A model generated the notes under the pieces. It saw only the letters and a program-made list of their open reading frames with translations. It ran no database searches and had not been told where the DNA came from. The position numbers and the translations under genes were made by a program. From assembly GCA_030602225.1 (NCBI GenBank), contig JAUWAD010000002.1, forward strand, positions 12,418-76,417: a stretch of DNA of 64,000 nt. Reading direction: 5' to 3'. Each line of letters starts with the position of its first letter. Within the stretch, counting starts at the first letter, position 1. The DNA is from Bacillota bacterium. GTDB taxonomy: Bacteria; Bacillota; Clostridia; Tissierellales; Tissierellaceae. Of this stretch, positions 20,709 through 31,341 are shown piece by piece.

Positions 20709-21701
20709 TTAGCTATTGTAATTTATATATTTGGTATAAAGTCTTTCAGCAAAAAAATTTATCAGATCTCTAATCTCTATCCTATATCCCCATTCTTCCG
20801 GTAGCTTAGAAGCACCTAGAATAGTTCCTAATATGCTGCCTGTCATAGTTCCAGTACCATCACTATTTCCATCATGATTAACTGCAGTGAATAGTCCCTT
20901 CTTGAAATCCCCTTTACTTACTAAAGAAGAATATATTGAAATTCCCAACGCCTCATCCCCATTCCAACCTGCACCAAGGAGCATAAAGGCATCTTGGGAG
21001 GGATAATCCAAATCAAATAACCTTTTGGCCAATTCAATTGCTGCCCTTGTTTCATTGCTTCCCTCAATTTCCCTTAGGTAAAGTATAATTCTATCAATAG
21101 AATCTTCCAGTTCAACCCCATCTTGTAGGAGGGAGATTAGCATTGAATATGCTCCAGAACTAATATGGGCGGTTGGATGTCCATGGGTTATGGCAGATGT
21201 CATGCTACCTATTTTAAATGCATCATGGGGAGGACACACCATTCCAACAGGTGAAACTCTTACAGTTCCACCGCAACCTTTTGAGGTGTTTATTGCTTTT
21301 TCTAAGCTTCCTACTAGACCACTATTAAGGGAAGAAACACTAATGTTTCCTGGAGTCCTCTTTGAGTATAGTCGCTGGTCGTTAATCAACCAGCCTTCTT
21401 CAACAACAGGAACATTATATCCTTGTGTTCTTAACCACCTTAAATATGCTAAGTATATGTTGTCTATGGCTTTTTCCTTAGTATCTGAAAACAATATCCC
21501 TTCTGCTGTAAACAGAGTCATTTGTGTGTCATCACTGACAAAGGCTTTCCCTGTACCATTTATTTCCAGCTGCCTCACGCCATTAATTCCATGGATGGCA
21601 AATATCTCACCTTTGGATTTGTATTCCACTGGCCATCCCAATGCATCACCAATAGCACCACCAAGTAGACACCCTAAGAACTTATCTTTGCACCTAGACA
21701 T
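20709..21701 (-). CDS. ADP-ribosylglycohydrolase (DraG/ARH) family protein
   Basis: GCLLGGAIGDALG..E, SDDTQMT, SKGCGG..R, THGH, NHDGNSD. Confidence 0.9.
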   Translation of the reverse strand: MSRCKDKFLGCLLGGAIGDALGWPVEYKSKGEIFAIHGINGVRQLEINGTGKAFVSDDTQMTLFTAEGILFSDTKEKAIDNIYLAYLRWLRTQGYNVPVVEEGWLINDQRLYSKRTPGNISVSSLNSGLVGSLEKAINTSKGCGGTVRVSPVGMVCPPHDAFKIGSMTSAITHGHPTAHISSGAYSMLISLLQDGVELEDSIDRIILYLREIEGSNETRAAIELAKRLFDLDYPSQDAFMLLGAGWNGDEALGISIYSSLVSKGDFKKGLFTAVNHDGNSDGTGTMTGSILGTILGASKLPEEWGYRIEIRDLINFFAERLYTKYINYNS

Positions 21702-21733
21702 TATATCCCTCTATTCTAGTTTAAATGCTACTT

Positions 21734-21748
21734 AATTTTCAGAAAACT
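21734..21748. promoter_or_regulatory. Putative CodY box
   Basis: AATTTTCAGAAAACT, one mismatch to AATTTTCWGAAAATT, in a divergent intergenic region. Confidence 0.55.
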
Positions 21749-21862
21749 ATTAATTCAATTATATTCGCTATTTTATTATTTTTCAAGTGTTTATTGACAT
21801 TATTTTCTGATTGTCTGAAAGTATTTTGCCAATTCATCACTTTAGTAGATGAACGCGCATTA

Positions 21863-21891
21863 TTGACAATAAAAGACAAAAATTGTAGAGT
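21863..21891 (+). promoter_or_regulatory. Sigma-A promoter for the aldolase-aminotransferase operon
   Basis: TTGACA-17 nt-TAGAGT. Confidence 0.55.
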
Positions 21892-21913
21892 TTTACTAAC
21901 GGGGGTGGATTTT

Positions 21914-22693
21914 TTGGAAAATTTACTAATTAAGAAACTGAATAAAGGAGAAAAAGTTTTAGGTACTTTCTTTGAAATTGGAAGTGTAACAGCAGTTGAA
22001 GCTCTATCTTATACTGGTCTGGATTACATAATAATCGATTCTGAACATGGACCTTTTGATATTGAAAGTAATATGGAATTTATTAGAACAGCTGAACTTA
22101 AGGGCTTAACTCCACTTGTAAGAATTCATGAAATATCAAGAAGTGCTGTACTTAAAAATCTTGATGTAGGTGCAAAGGGTTTGATAATCCCATGTGTTGA
22201 AACAGTTGATCAGGTAAAAAGCCTGGTTCAGTGGGGTAAATACCCTCCAATAGGTCTAAGAGGCTTCTTCACAGCAAGACCCACTGGTTTTGGTTTTGAA
22301 GAATTTGCAAAGGATATTTCTACTCTATTTCAAACTTCAAATAGTCAAACCATATTAATCCCTCAGTGTGAAACTTTAGGCTGTTTGGAAAACATAGAAG
22401 AAATAGCATCAATTAATGGGGTTGATGGAATATTCATAGGTCCTTATGATCTTTCCATCTCAATGGGTATTCCAGGAGAATTTACGAACATAAGATTCTT
22501 AGAAGCTATTGATAGGATTGTTAAGGCATGTAGGGAAAATAATAAAATTTGCTTCATGTTCACCATGAATCCAAAGATGGCCAATGTTTACTTTGATCAA
22601 GGAATAGATGCAGTTGCTGTTGGAATGGATGTATCCATATATATAAGGTCCTTAAAGGACATTGTGGATGAAATTAAAAATGGGGAGGAATAA
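21914..22693 (+). CDS. HpcH/HpaI aldolase family protein
   Basis: IDSEHGP, VRI, LDVGAKG, YPPIGLRG, QCET, DGIFIGPYDLS; true start probably TTG 21914 after GGGGGTGG. Confidence 0.9.
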   Translation: MENLLIKKLNKGEKVLGTFFEIGSVTAVEALSYTGLDYIIIDSEHGPFDIESNMEFIRTAELKGLTPLVRIHEISRSAVLKNLDVGAKGLIIPCVETVDQVKSLVQWGKYPPIGLRGFFTARPTGFGFEEFAKDISTLFQTSNSQTILIPQCETLGCLENIEEIASINGVDGIFIGPYDLSISMGIPGEFTNIRFLEAIDRIVKACRENNKICFMFTMNPKMANVYFDQGIDAVAVGMDVSIYIRSLKDIVDEIKNGEE

Positions 22694-22694
22694 A

Positions 22695-23885
22695 ATGATT
22701 ACATATGCTGATAGAATGAAAAATGTATCTGGTGAAGCATTGAATGATATTCTTAAATACTCGTCAGATCCAAGTATCATATCCTTTAGCCTAGGGTCTC
22801 CTGCAAAGGAAGTTTATCCCATAGAAAAGATAAAAGAGATTATGAGTACAGTCATGGAAAAGGATGCCATTAGGATACTTTCCTATGGAATGTCTGAAGG
22901 TTATATGCCCCTTAGAGAAGCATTCCTAAATCATATTGCCATACCTAAGGGAATTAAAGCAGATATTGAGAATATACTCATAACCACAGGTGCAACACAG
23001 GGTATTGAACTTATATCTCAGACTTTTATAAATCCTGGTGATGTGGTTCTTGTTGAATCACCATCCTTCTTAACTTCATTGCAGGTATTCCTAAAATACG
23101 GTGCTACCCTAGTAGGAGTTAATATGGACACAGATGGAATTATGTGTGAGGATCTTGAGTGTAAAATAAAAAAGTATAATCCAAAGATGCTTTATACTAT
23201 ACCAACTTTCCAAAATCCTTCAGGTAAGACACTCCCATCCCATAGAAGAAAAAAAATAGCTGAACTTGCTGATAAATATGATTTATTGGTTGTGGAAGAT
23301 GATCCATATTGTGATCTAAGATACACTGGGGATGTGGTTCCACCAATAAAATCCTTTGATGAAACTGGTAATGTCATATTGGCCAATAGCTTCTCCAAGA
23401 TATTAGCTCCAGGTCTAAGGGTGGGAACCATTACAGCTACCAAGGAAATTATCACTGCTTTAGTTCTTGCAAAAGGTGGAGCAGACACCAATACTACAAT
23501 AATGTCACAGGCCATATGTGCCGAGTTCTTAAACCAAGGATTATTACCTGATCACCTTAAGGAAATGGTCCCTGTGTATCTTGAGAGACTTAATGCCATG
23601 CTTGATGCATTGGATAGGTACTTCCCCAAAGAATGTAAGTATACTATTCCTCAGGGAGGCCTGTTTGTTTGGATAGAAGTACCAGAAAGCATCAATACCA
23701 GAGAACTGCTATTCATTGCAGCAAATGAACATAAGGTATCCTATGTTCCTGGATATCCATTTTTTATAAATCCAAAAGATGGTGATCACTCACTAAGACT
23801 AAACTTCTCCTCTAATACTCCTGAAAAAATTTATGAAGGAGTAAAAAGATTAGGTGATCTGTTGCATTCAATTATCAATGGGTAG
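22695..23885 (+). CDS. PLP-dependent class I aminotransferase (LysN/Aro8-like)
   Basis: ITTGATQG, YTIPTFQNPSG, EDDPY, SFSKILAPGLRVG, GGLFVW, LRLNFS; ATG 22695 after GGGGAGG. Confidence 0.9.
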   Translation: MITYADRMKNVSGEALNDILKYSSDPSIISFSLGSPAKEVYPIEKIKEIMSTVMEKDAIRILSYGMSEGYMPLREAFLNHIAIPKGIKADIENILITTGATQGIELISQTFINPGDVVLVESPSFLTSLQVFLKYGATLVGVNMDTDGIMCEDLECKIKKYNPKMLYTIPTFQNPSGKTLPSHRRKKIAELADKYDLLVVEDDPYCDLRYTGDVVPPIKSFDETGNVILANSFSKILAPGLRVGTITATKEIITALVLAKGGADTNTTIMSQAICAEFLNQGLLPDHLKEMVPVYLERLNAMLDALDRYFPKECKYTIPQGGLFVWIEVPESINTRELLFIAANEHKVSYVPGYPFFINPKDGDHSLRLNFSSNTPEKIYEGVKRLGDLLHSIING

Positions 23886-24552
23886 TCTTTCTTATAAAGT
23901 AGTTGCTGATAATCTGAATTATTGTAACCATAATAACCAGGGCAATAACTGTGGCAAATGTGACATCTACTTGATTTCTCTGATGACCATATCTAAGTGC
24001 AAAGTCACCAAGACCACCACCGCCTACAGCACCTGCCATGGCTGTTAAGCCAATCAAGCTTATGGTGGTTATAGTTAGTGCTCGAATTAATCCAGGTATG
24101 CTTTCTCTGATATAAACCCTAAAAATTATATCAAAGGGACTACTACCCATGGATAGGGCAGCTTCAACCAATCCATTTCCCATTTCAGATAGTGTGCTTT
24201 CAACCTGTCTTGCAAAGAATGGTGTTGTCCCAAAAATCAAGGGTATAATAGCTCCTTTAGTGCCTATTGCAGTCCCCATTATCATCCTGGTTAAAGGTAT
24301 AAGAGCGGCTAGTAGTATTACAAAGGGTATTATCCTAAATACATTTATTACTTTATCTAAAATAGTATTGATGGAGGCATTTTGAAGAATGCCTCCCTTT
24401 TTTGTAACCACCAACAATACTCCCACCGCTAATCCAATGGAGTAGGAAAACACTCCTGAAACTACCACCATATAAAGAGTCTGATATATGCTATTTAAGA
24501 ACTCAGGTAACTTATTTGAAACATTAGGAAACAGGCTTAACAATAAATCCAT
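23875..24552 (-). CDS. metI: Methionine ABC transporter permease
   Basis: NVFRIIPFVIL, LVEAALSMG, MAGAVGGGGLGDFALRYGHQR. Confidence 0.92.
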   Translation of the reverse strand: MDLLLSLFPNVSNKLPEFLNSIYQTLYMVVVSGVFSYSIGLAVGVLLVVTKKGGILQNASINTILDKVINVFRIIPFVILLAALIPLTRMIMGTAIGTKGAIIPLIFGTTPFFARQVESTLSEMGNGLVEAALSMGSSPFDIIFRVYIRESIPGLIRALTITTISLIGLTAMAGAVGGGGLGDFALRYGHQRNQVDVTFATVIALVIMVTIIQIISNYFIRKTTH

Positions 24553-24555
24553 GGT

Positions 24556-25509
24556 TTATACCTCCAAATACTTATCTGCTATCTTAATATACTCTCTAAT
24601 TACATTGCAGGAGTCATCAAACTCCATTAATTCCTCTTTTCTCAAATCCATCTGAATAATTTCTTCAACTCCGTTTTTTCCAATTATGCAGGGCACGCTG
24701 GCAAAAACACCTCTTTGATTGTACTCCCCATTTAACAAGGTTGAAACTGTTATTATTCTCCTTTCATCATGGAAAATGGCCCTTATAATATCAGTTGCCG
24801 CTTGACTTATTCCAAACTCAGTTGACCCCTTACCCTTTAAGACATCATATCCTGCATATCTTGTTTCTTCCAGTATGGAATTGAAATCCAGCCTTATACC
24901 TTTTAACCTGGTATACTCTTCTATTCCAACATTACCTATGGTTATTTTACTCCAAGGTATAAATTGGCTGCTTCCGTGTTCTCCCATGGAAAATGCATTT
25001 ATTGACTTGTAAGCTACATTAAGTTCTCTTGCAAGGATTCTTCTTAATCTTGCAGAATCCAATGAAGTTCCTGTGGAGAATACTCTTTTAGGGCTTAGAT
25101 TCGTCCTCTTTAGAATATGATCAGCAATCACATCAGCAGGATTTGATATGCTTAATATGATACCATTAAACCCATTTTCAATTATGTTATCAATGGAGTG
25201 GACTATGGTATTAAGGGTGTCTTCCAGGGTATCAAGCCTGCTTTGATTGATACCAGGTAAAGGTCCTGCACTGATAATAAGAATATGAGAATCAGATAGA
25301 TCCTTCTCTTCGCCAACCTTCACCTTAATATTATTGGGTAGGAATGATATTGAATCCATTAAGTCCAATGCTTCACCATTGGCTTTATCTTTTTTGGTAT
25401 CAACCAATATTAGTTCATCAGCTCCACCATAGGCAGCCAGTGTATACCCACAGTGAGAACCAACATTTCCAACTCCAAGTATTCCGATTTTTCTCGTATT
25501 AATATTCAT
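24556..25509 (-). CDS. ldh: LDH/MDH-family L-2-hydroxyacid dehydrogenase
   Basis: GVGNVG, DLMD, ISNPADV, GTSLDSARLR, GEHGSS, KGKGSTEFGI; start ATG 25509 after AAGGATG. Confidence 0.88.
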   Translation of the reverse strand: MNINTRKIGILGVGNVGSHCGYTLAAYGGADELILVDTKKDKANGEALDLMDSISFLPNNIKVKVGEEKDLSDSHILIISAGPLPGINQSRLDTLEDTLNTIVHSIDNIIENGFNGIILSISNPADVIADHILKRTNLSPKRVFSTGTSLDSARLRRILARELNVAYKSINAFSMGEHGSSQFIPWSKITIGNVGIEEYTRLKGIRLDFNSILEETRYAGYDVLKGKGSTEFGISQAATDIIRAIFHDERRIITVSTLLNGEYNQRGVFASVPCIIGKNGVEEIIQMDLRKEELMEFDDSCNVIREYIKIADKYLEV

Positions 25510-25522
25510 TTCATTCACATCC

Positions 25523-26347
25523 TTAATTTTTCCAAGCTGGAATGTATAATCCTCCAAATGTATCATTTATAACCTTTGCCACATTTGGTTGATTATAAGC
25601 ATTTACCACCTTCAGATATACTTCATTATCTTTATCTTCCCCTCTTGCAACAATAATATTGATATATGGGTTATCCTCTTCTATTTCATCCACAGGTATT
25701 GAATATATTGCATCCTTCTTAGGATCTAGACCATAATCATGGGCGTGATTACCGTTTATTATTGCAGCAGCCACATCTGGTAATAATGATGGTATGTTTG
25801 AAGCTTCAACTTCAATAAACTCTAACTTTAAAGGATTTTCTATAATATCAGAAACTGATGGTATATAGCCCTTTGACTTATCTAATTTAATCAAACCAGC
25901 AGTTTCAAGTACTTTTAAACCTCTGCCTCCATTTGTCAGATCATTTGGAATTGCTATTTTATCTCCACTTTTTAATTGAGATACATCATTAATTTTCTTG
26001 GAATATAAATTCAAAGGTGCAATAATTGTATTACCTATTGGTGTCAAGTCAAGTCCCTTAGTATTTATTTCATTGTTTAAGAAGGCAACATGTTGGAATG
26101 CATTTAGGTCGATTTCTCCATCAGCTAATGCTTGATTTGGAAGTGTATAATCTGCAAACTTTACAATTTCAATCTTAATATTTTCATCCTTTAGGTTCTC
26201 TTGAACAGGCTCCCACATTTCTGTCATCTCTCCCACAAGTCCCACCTTCACAACTACCACCTCAGAATCTAGCTCCTCCTTATTACTACATCCAGTAAGT
26301 ATTCCTATGCTCAACAGTAAAATTAATAAATAAATCACTTTTTTCAT
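25523..26347 (-). CDS. metQ: Methionine ABC substrate-binding lipoprotein (MetQ/NlpA)
   Basis: Lipobox LTGC; DYTLPNQALADGEIDLNAFQH; IAIPNDLTNGGRGL. Confidence 0.93.
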   Translation of the reverse strand: MKKVIYLLILLLSIGILTGCSNKEELDSEVVVVKVGLVGEMTEMWEPVQENLKDENIKIEIVKFADYTLPNQALADGEIDLNAFQHVAFLNNEINTKGLDLTPIGNTIIAPLNLYSKKINDVSQLKSGDKIAIPNDLTNGGRGLKVLETAGLIKLDKSKGYIPSVSDIIENPLKLEFIEVEASNIPSLLPDVAAAIINGNHAHDYGLDPKKDAIYSIPVDEIEEDNPYINIIVARGEDKDNEVYLKVVNAYNQPNVAKVINDTFGGLYIPAWKN

Positions 26348-27391
26348 TTATATCTCTCCATTTCTTTTTATTATTTCTATTTTTAAGCCCTTTTGGATAA
26401 AATAATCCAAACCCTTTTTTACTCCTTCTTCTTCACCTCTAAAAAAAACAATCAACTCTCCTATTGGTGTATTTCCAATAACATCAAAATTTCCAAATAG
26501 TACTGAAATCTCAATATTAAACAACCTGGATGCCTGGGATAATATTCCTTCATTTGCCAGATCACCAACGTACTGAACTCTCGCCAGAATATCATCATTT
26601 CTAAGTCCAAAAGTATTATTGCTGCCACTTAGTATCTCATCTAGTTTATTCTTATTGGAAGTTGTTTGAATAAATTCCTTGGTGACTTCACTTCTTGGGT
26701 TACTAAAAATACTTACAACATCTGATTGCTCAACAATCTTTCCCCTTTCCATTATGGAAACCTTATGGCATATTTCCTTTATTACCTCCATTTCATGTGT
26801 AATTAATATTATTGTTAAATCCAACTCATCTCTAAGCTTTTTAAGTAACCTTAGTATAGACTTTGTAGTTTTTGGATCCAATGCAGAGGTGGCTTCATCA
26901 CATAAAAGAACTTCTGGCCTGTTAGCCAATGCCCTTGCTATTGCAACCCTCTGTTTTTGTCCCCCACTTAGCTGAGATGGATATGCCAATTCCTTATCCT
27001 CTAACTCCACTATTTCCAAGAGTTCTGCTATTATTCTACCTTCGTCTTCCTTTGATAACCTCTCCTTCTTCAGGGGGTATGCTATATTTTCATATACATT
27101 TCTTGAAGGCATCAGATTGAAATGTTGAAATATCATTCCTATTTTCTTTCTTCTCTGTCTTAAATCACTCTCCTTAAGTCTTGTAATATCCTCATCTTTA
27201 TATAAGACTTGCCCCTTATCGGGTTTTTCCAATAGATTGATGCATCTTATCAATGTACTCTTACCAGCCCCTGAGTAACCTATAACACCATGAATTTCTC
27301 CTTTGGAAACATTGATATTTACATTATCCAAAGCTAAAATGGAGTTGTTTTTTTGTCTGAACTCCTTTGATACATTCACTAATTTAATCAA
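26348..27391 (-). CDS. metN: Methionine ABC ATP-binding protein
   Basis: GYSGAGKSTL, LSGGQKQRV, CDEATSALDP, C-terminal NIL domain; TTG start 27391 after GAGGTGAG. Confidence 0.93.
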   Translation of the reverse strand: MIKLVNVSKEFRQKNNSILALDNVNINVSKGEIHGVIGYSGAGKSTLIRCINLLEKPDKGQVLYKDEDITRLKESDLRQRRKKIGMIFQHFNLMPSRNVYENIAYPLKKERLSKEDEGRIIAELLEIVELEDKELAYPSQLSGGQKQRVAIARALANRPEVLLCDEATSALDPKTTKSILRLLKKLRDELDLTIILITHEMEVIKEICHKVSIMERGKIVEQSDVVSIFSNPRSEVTKEFIQTTSNKNKLDEILSGSNNTFGLRNDDILARVQYVGDLANEGILSQASRLFNIEISVLFGNFDVIGNTPIGELIVFFRGEEEGVKKGLDYFIQKGLKIEIIKRNGEI

Positions 27392-27414
27392 ATCCTCACC
27401 TCTTTTCTTGGAAA

Positions 27415-27697
27415 TAAAAAAAGCTCTCATCTCTTTGCATTAGCAAAGGACGAAAGCATCGTGGTACCACCTTTAGTTTATGTAGACTTCACAGACTACA
27501 CCTTATCAGGTACGCAGGAATCAAATCCATTAATACCCTGGCACTGTAACGTGTGCTCACGTAATTGTCTTAACCCAATTGGATTCGACAACTAGACTCA
27601 AAGACCATATTCGGCTTGCTATCCTCTACCCCCTTTCACCAAACGGGAGCTCTCTGTAAAAGTATTCACATGCTTACTCTTCTTATCTGCGTCATAT
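27415..27697 (-). ncRNA. T-box riboswitch leader, Met (AUG) specifier
   Basis: T-box AAAGGTGGTACCACG (27460-27474); terminator GCTTTCGTCCTTTGC...GCAAAGAGATGAGAGCTTTTTT; stem I with AGAGAG/GGTGAA distal loops; specifier GAAT-ATG-GTCTT (27606-27608). Confidence 0.92.
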
Positions 27698-27711
27698 TTA
27701 ACTTAGATATG

Positions 27712-27740
27712 AATATAACACTGTCATTTTTTAAAGTCAA
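27712..27740 (-). promoter_or_regulatory. Sigma-A promoter of the T-box/met operon
   Basis: TTGACT-17 nt-TATATT with extended TG. Confidence 0.7.
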
Positions 27741-27810
27741 TGGTTTTTTTTCTGCAATTTTCGTATTTCTCTGAAGAAAACGTTTATTTAAATATTTTGA
27801 TAATGAAAAT

Positions 27811-28182
27811 TTATTCTAAATATTTTTTTATCCGTTCATTATCTTTAATAATTAATCCCCTTTCTCCTGCAAGAGTTTCCAGGTGATGGGTAAATTCGTG
27901 AAGGAGTGTTTCCTCAAGTCTTTTGATTAGATCATCCTCACTTATACCTTCAAAAACTTTTTTATATGACCCATAATATATCCTTATGTGACTTCCTGTA
28001 ATGCTCTTTCTATATTCACCTAGGATATATAGCATTTTATTGTCTCTACTTAAGGGGTGAACTCTATATTCCGGCAATAAAACAACGCCCTCATTCAATC
28101 TACTAAAGAACTCCTTTGGTAATTTTTCTGCAATATCATTTAGGATTTCATGTACTCTATCTATATCAGGAAAACTTCTCAT
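27811..28182 (-). CDS. Zincin-like minimal metallopeptidase family protein
   Basis: HEFTHH (HExxH), preceded by I.IYYGSY. Confidence 0.75.
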   Translation of the reverse strand: MRSFPDIDRVHEILNDIAEKLPKEFFSRLNEGVVLLPEYRVHPLSRDNKMLYILGEYRKSITGSHIRIYYGSYKKVFEGISEDDLIKRLEETLLHEFTHHLETLAGERGLIIKDNERIKKYLE

Positions 28183-28220
28183 ACTTACACCTCCAAAAAA
28201 AGATAAGAGGGTATCCCCTC

Positions 28221-29180
<960 letters not shown>

Positions 29181-29333
29181 TTATATCATATTTGTTATTA
29201 TACCCTATATTACTAAAACTAACAGTTTTAAATAATCCATGCAAACATATAAATTGATATTTTTTGCTGCTCCTAGTATAATCTATCTGTAATTAGGGTA
29301 AATAACTAGAAATGATATTTAGGAGGGAAAATT

Positions 29334-30410
29334 ATGCACAAAAAACTATTTATACCTGGACCCGTGGATGTTAAAGAGGATGTACTACAGAAGTTGGCAA
29401 CTCAACAAATCGGTCACAGAACTAAGGAAGCATCTGCATTACAAAGAAGTATATCTGAAAAACTTCAAAAAGTGTTTTATACCGACAACCAGATACTATT
29501 ATCCACCTCATCTGGTAGTGGATTGATGGAAGGTGCTATCAGATCCTTTACAAGAAAAAGAGCAGCAGTATTTTCCGTAGGTGCATTTGGGGATAGATGG
29601 TACAAGATGGCTAAAGCTAATAATGTACCAGCTGATTTATTTAAGTCAGAGCCTGGGTATCCAACTACTCCTGAGATGGTTGATGAAGCTTTATCCACTG
29701 GAAAATATGACCTTATTACAGTTACTCATAATGAGACCTCTGCTGGTATTATGAACCCTGTTGGTGAGATTGGAGCATTATTAAAAGAAAAGTACCCAGA
29801 TGTATTATTCCTTGTGGATAGTGTAAGTTCAATGGGTGGAGTCAAGATCGAAACGGATGCTTGGGGAGTAGATGTTAATATTACTTCCACTCAGAAGGCT
29901 TTAGGATTACCAGCTGGAATGGCAATATGTTCAGTTAGTGAAAGAGCTATTGAAGCGGGAAGACAAGTTGAATTTAGAGGATTGTATCTTGATATAGTTG
30001 ATCTTTATGATACTGTTAAGAAGAAAGATCATCAGTATCCTTCAACCCCTTCACTTCCTCACATGTTTGCTCTAGACTATCAATTGGATAGAATCTTAGA
30101 AGAAGGATTAGAAAATAGATATGCAAGACATAAGGAAATGGCAGAATATGTAAGAGCTTGGGCAAGAAAGAACTTTGCTCTATTGGTTAAAGAAGAAAAG
30201 TACCTATCACAAACCCTTACAACCATAATGAATACTAAGGAAATAAGCGTTGGTGACCTTAATAAGAAACTTGCTGAGAGAGGCTTTATGATTTCTAATG
30301 GTTACGGTGATTTGAAGGATTTAACATTTAGAATATCCCATATGGCTGATTATACATTGGATGAAGTAAAGGATTTAATTAGTAATATAGACGATATACT
30401 TGGACTATAG
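29334..30410 (+). CDS. Class V PLP aminotransferase (alanine-glyoxylate/serine type; probable phosphoserine aminotransferase role)
   Basis: FIPGPV, HNETSAG, VDSVSS, STQKALGLPAG, FRISHM; operon with serA-like gene and DUF1015. Confidence 0.85.
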   Translation: MHKKLFIPGPVDVKEDVLQKLATQQIGHRTKEASALQRSISEKLQKVFYTDNQILLSTSSGSGLMEGAIRSFTRKRAAVFSVGAFGDRWYKMAKANNVPADLFKSEPGYPTTPEMVDEALSTGKYDLITVTHNETSAGIMNPVGEIGALLKEKYPDVLFLVDSVSSMGGVKIETDAWGVDVNITSTQKALGLPAGMAICSVSERAIEAGRQVEFRGLYLDIVDLYDTVKKKDHQYPSTPSLPHMFALDYQLDRILEEGLENRYARHKEMAEYVRAWARKNFALLVKEEKYLSQTLTTIMNTKEISVGDLNKKLAERGFMISNGYGDLKDLTFRISHMADYTLDEVKDLISNIDDILGL

Positions 30411-30422
30411 TGAGGTGATAAC

Positions 30423-31331
30423 ATGGTAAAAATATTAGCCACTGATGGAATGGATAAATCAGCAATTGATGAACTGACATCATTGGGTCATGAAGTTGTT
30501 GAACAATTTTATGATATTGATGATCTAAAGAATGCAGTTAAGGAATACGATGTTATGGTAGTTAGATCTGCAACTAAGGTTAGAGTCCCTGTTATCGATG
30601 CTGCAGCTGAAGGAAAAAGGCTAAAGATGGTAATCAGAGCTGGAGTTGGCGTTGATAACATAGATGTGGAGTATGCTGAAAGTAAAGGTATAATGGTTAG
30701 AAATACACCAAACTCCAGTAGTATTTCCGTTGCAGAACTTGCTTTAGCCCATATGTTCTCATTGGCTAGATTCGTAGGTATATCCAATGTGACAATGAGA
30801 AATGGACAATGGAATAAAAAACACTACACAGGTATCGAACTTATGAATAAAACATTAGGTTTGGTAGGTTTTGGAAGGATATCTGTTGAACTTGCCAAAA
30901 GAGCTCATGTTCTTGGAATGAAGGTAGTTTATACCAATAGAAGTGGCCCAAAGGAAGGATATCCTGATTTTAAGTATATGGAATTTGAAGAACTTCTTAA
31001 GGTTTCTGACTTTGTATCTATTCATACTCCAGCTACAGAGGATGGATCTCCATTAATTGGTAAATCTCAGTTGGATATGATGAAAGAAGGGTCATATCTT
31101 ATAAACTGTGCTAGAGGTGGTGTAGTTGATGAGGATGCATTGTTAGATGCTCTTAATTCCAATCATCTTGCTGGTGCAGGAATAGATGTCTTTACCGTTG
31201 AGCCTACTAAAAATGAAGCATTGGTAAATCATCCTAATGTATCTGTCACTCCTCATATTGGTGGATCCACAGGTGAAGCTCAAGAGAGAATCGGCGGAGA
31301 AATAGTTGAGTTAATAAAAAATAATTTCTAG
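30423..31331 (+). CDS. serA: D-3-phosphoglycerate/D-2-hydroxyacid dehydrogenase (no ACT domain)
   Basis: VVRSATKV, RAGVGVDNID, GFGRI, INCARGGVVDE, TPHIGGSTGEAQ. Confidence 0.85.
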   Translation: MVKILATDGMDKSAIDELTSLGHEVVEQFYDIDDLKNAVKEYDVMVVRSATKVRVPVIDAAAEGKRLKMVIRAGVGVDNIDVEYAESKGIMVRNTPNSSSISVAELALAHMFSLARFVGISNVTMRNGQWNKKHYTGIELMNKTLGLVGFGRISVELAKRAHVLGMKVVYTNRSGPKEGYPDFKYMEFEELLKVSDFVSIHTPATEDGSPLIGKSQLDMMKEGSYLINCARGGVVDEDALLDALNSNHLAGAGIDVFTVEPTKNEALVNHPNVSVTPHIGGSTGEAQERIGGEIVELIKNNF

Positions 31332-31341
31332 GAGGTATATA

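Noticed and set aside
21725-21913. 63-aa N-terminal extension of the aldolase ORF
   Set aside because: It spans the promoter and CodY-box region; TTG at 21914 has the RBS
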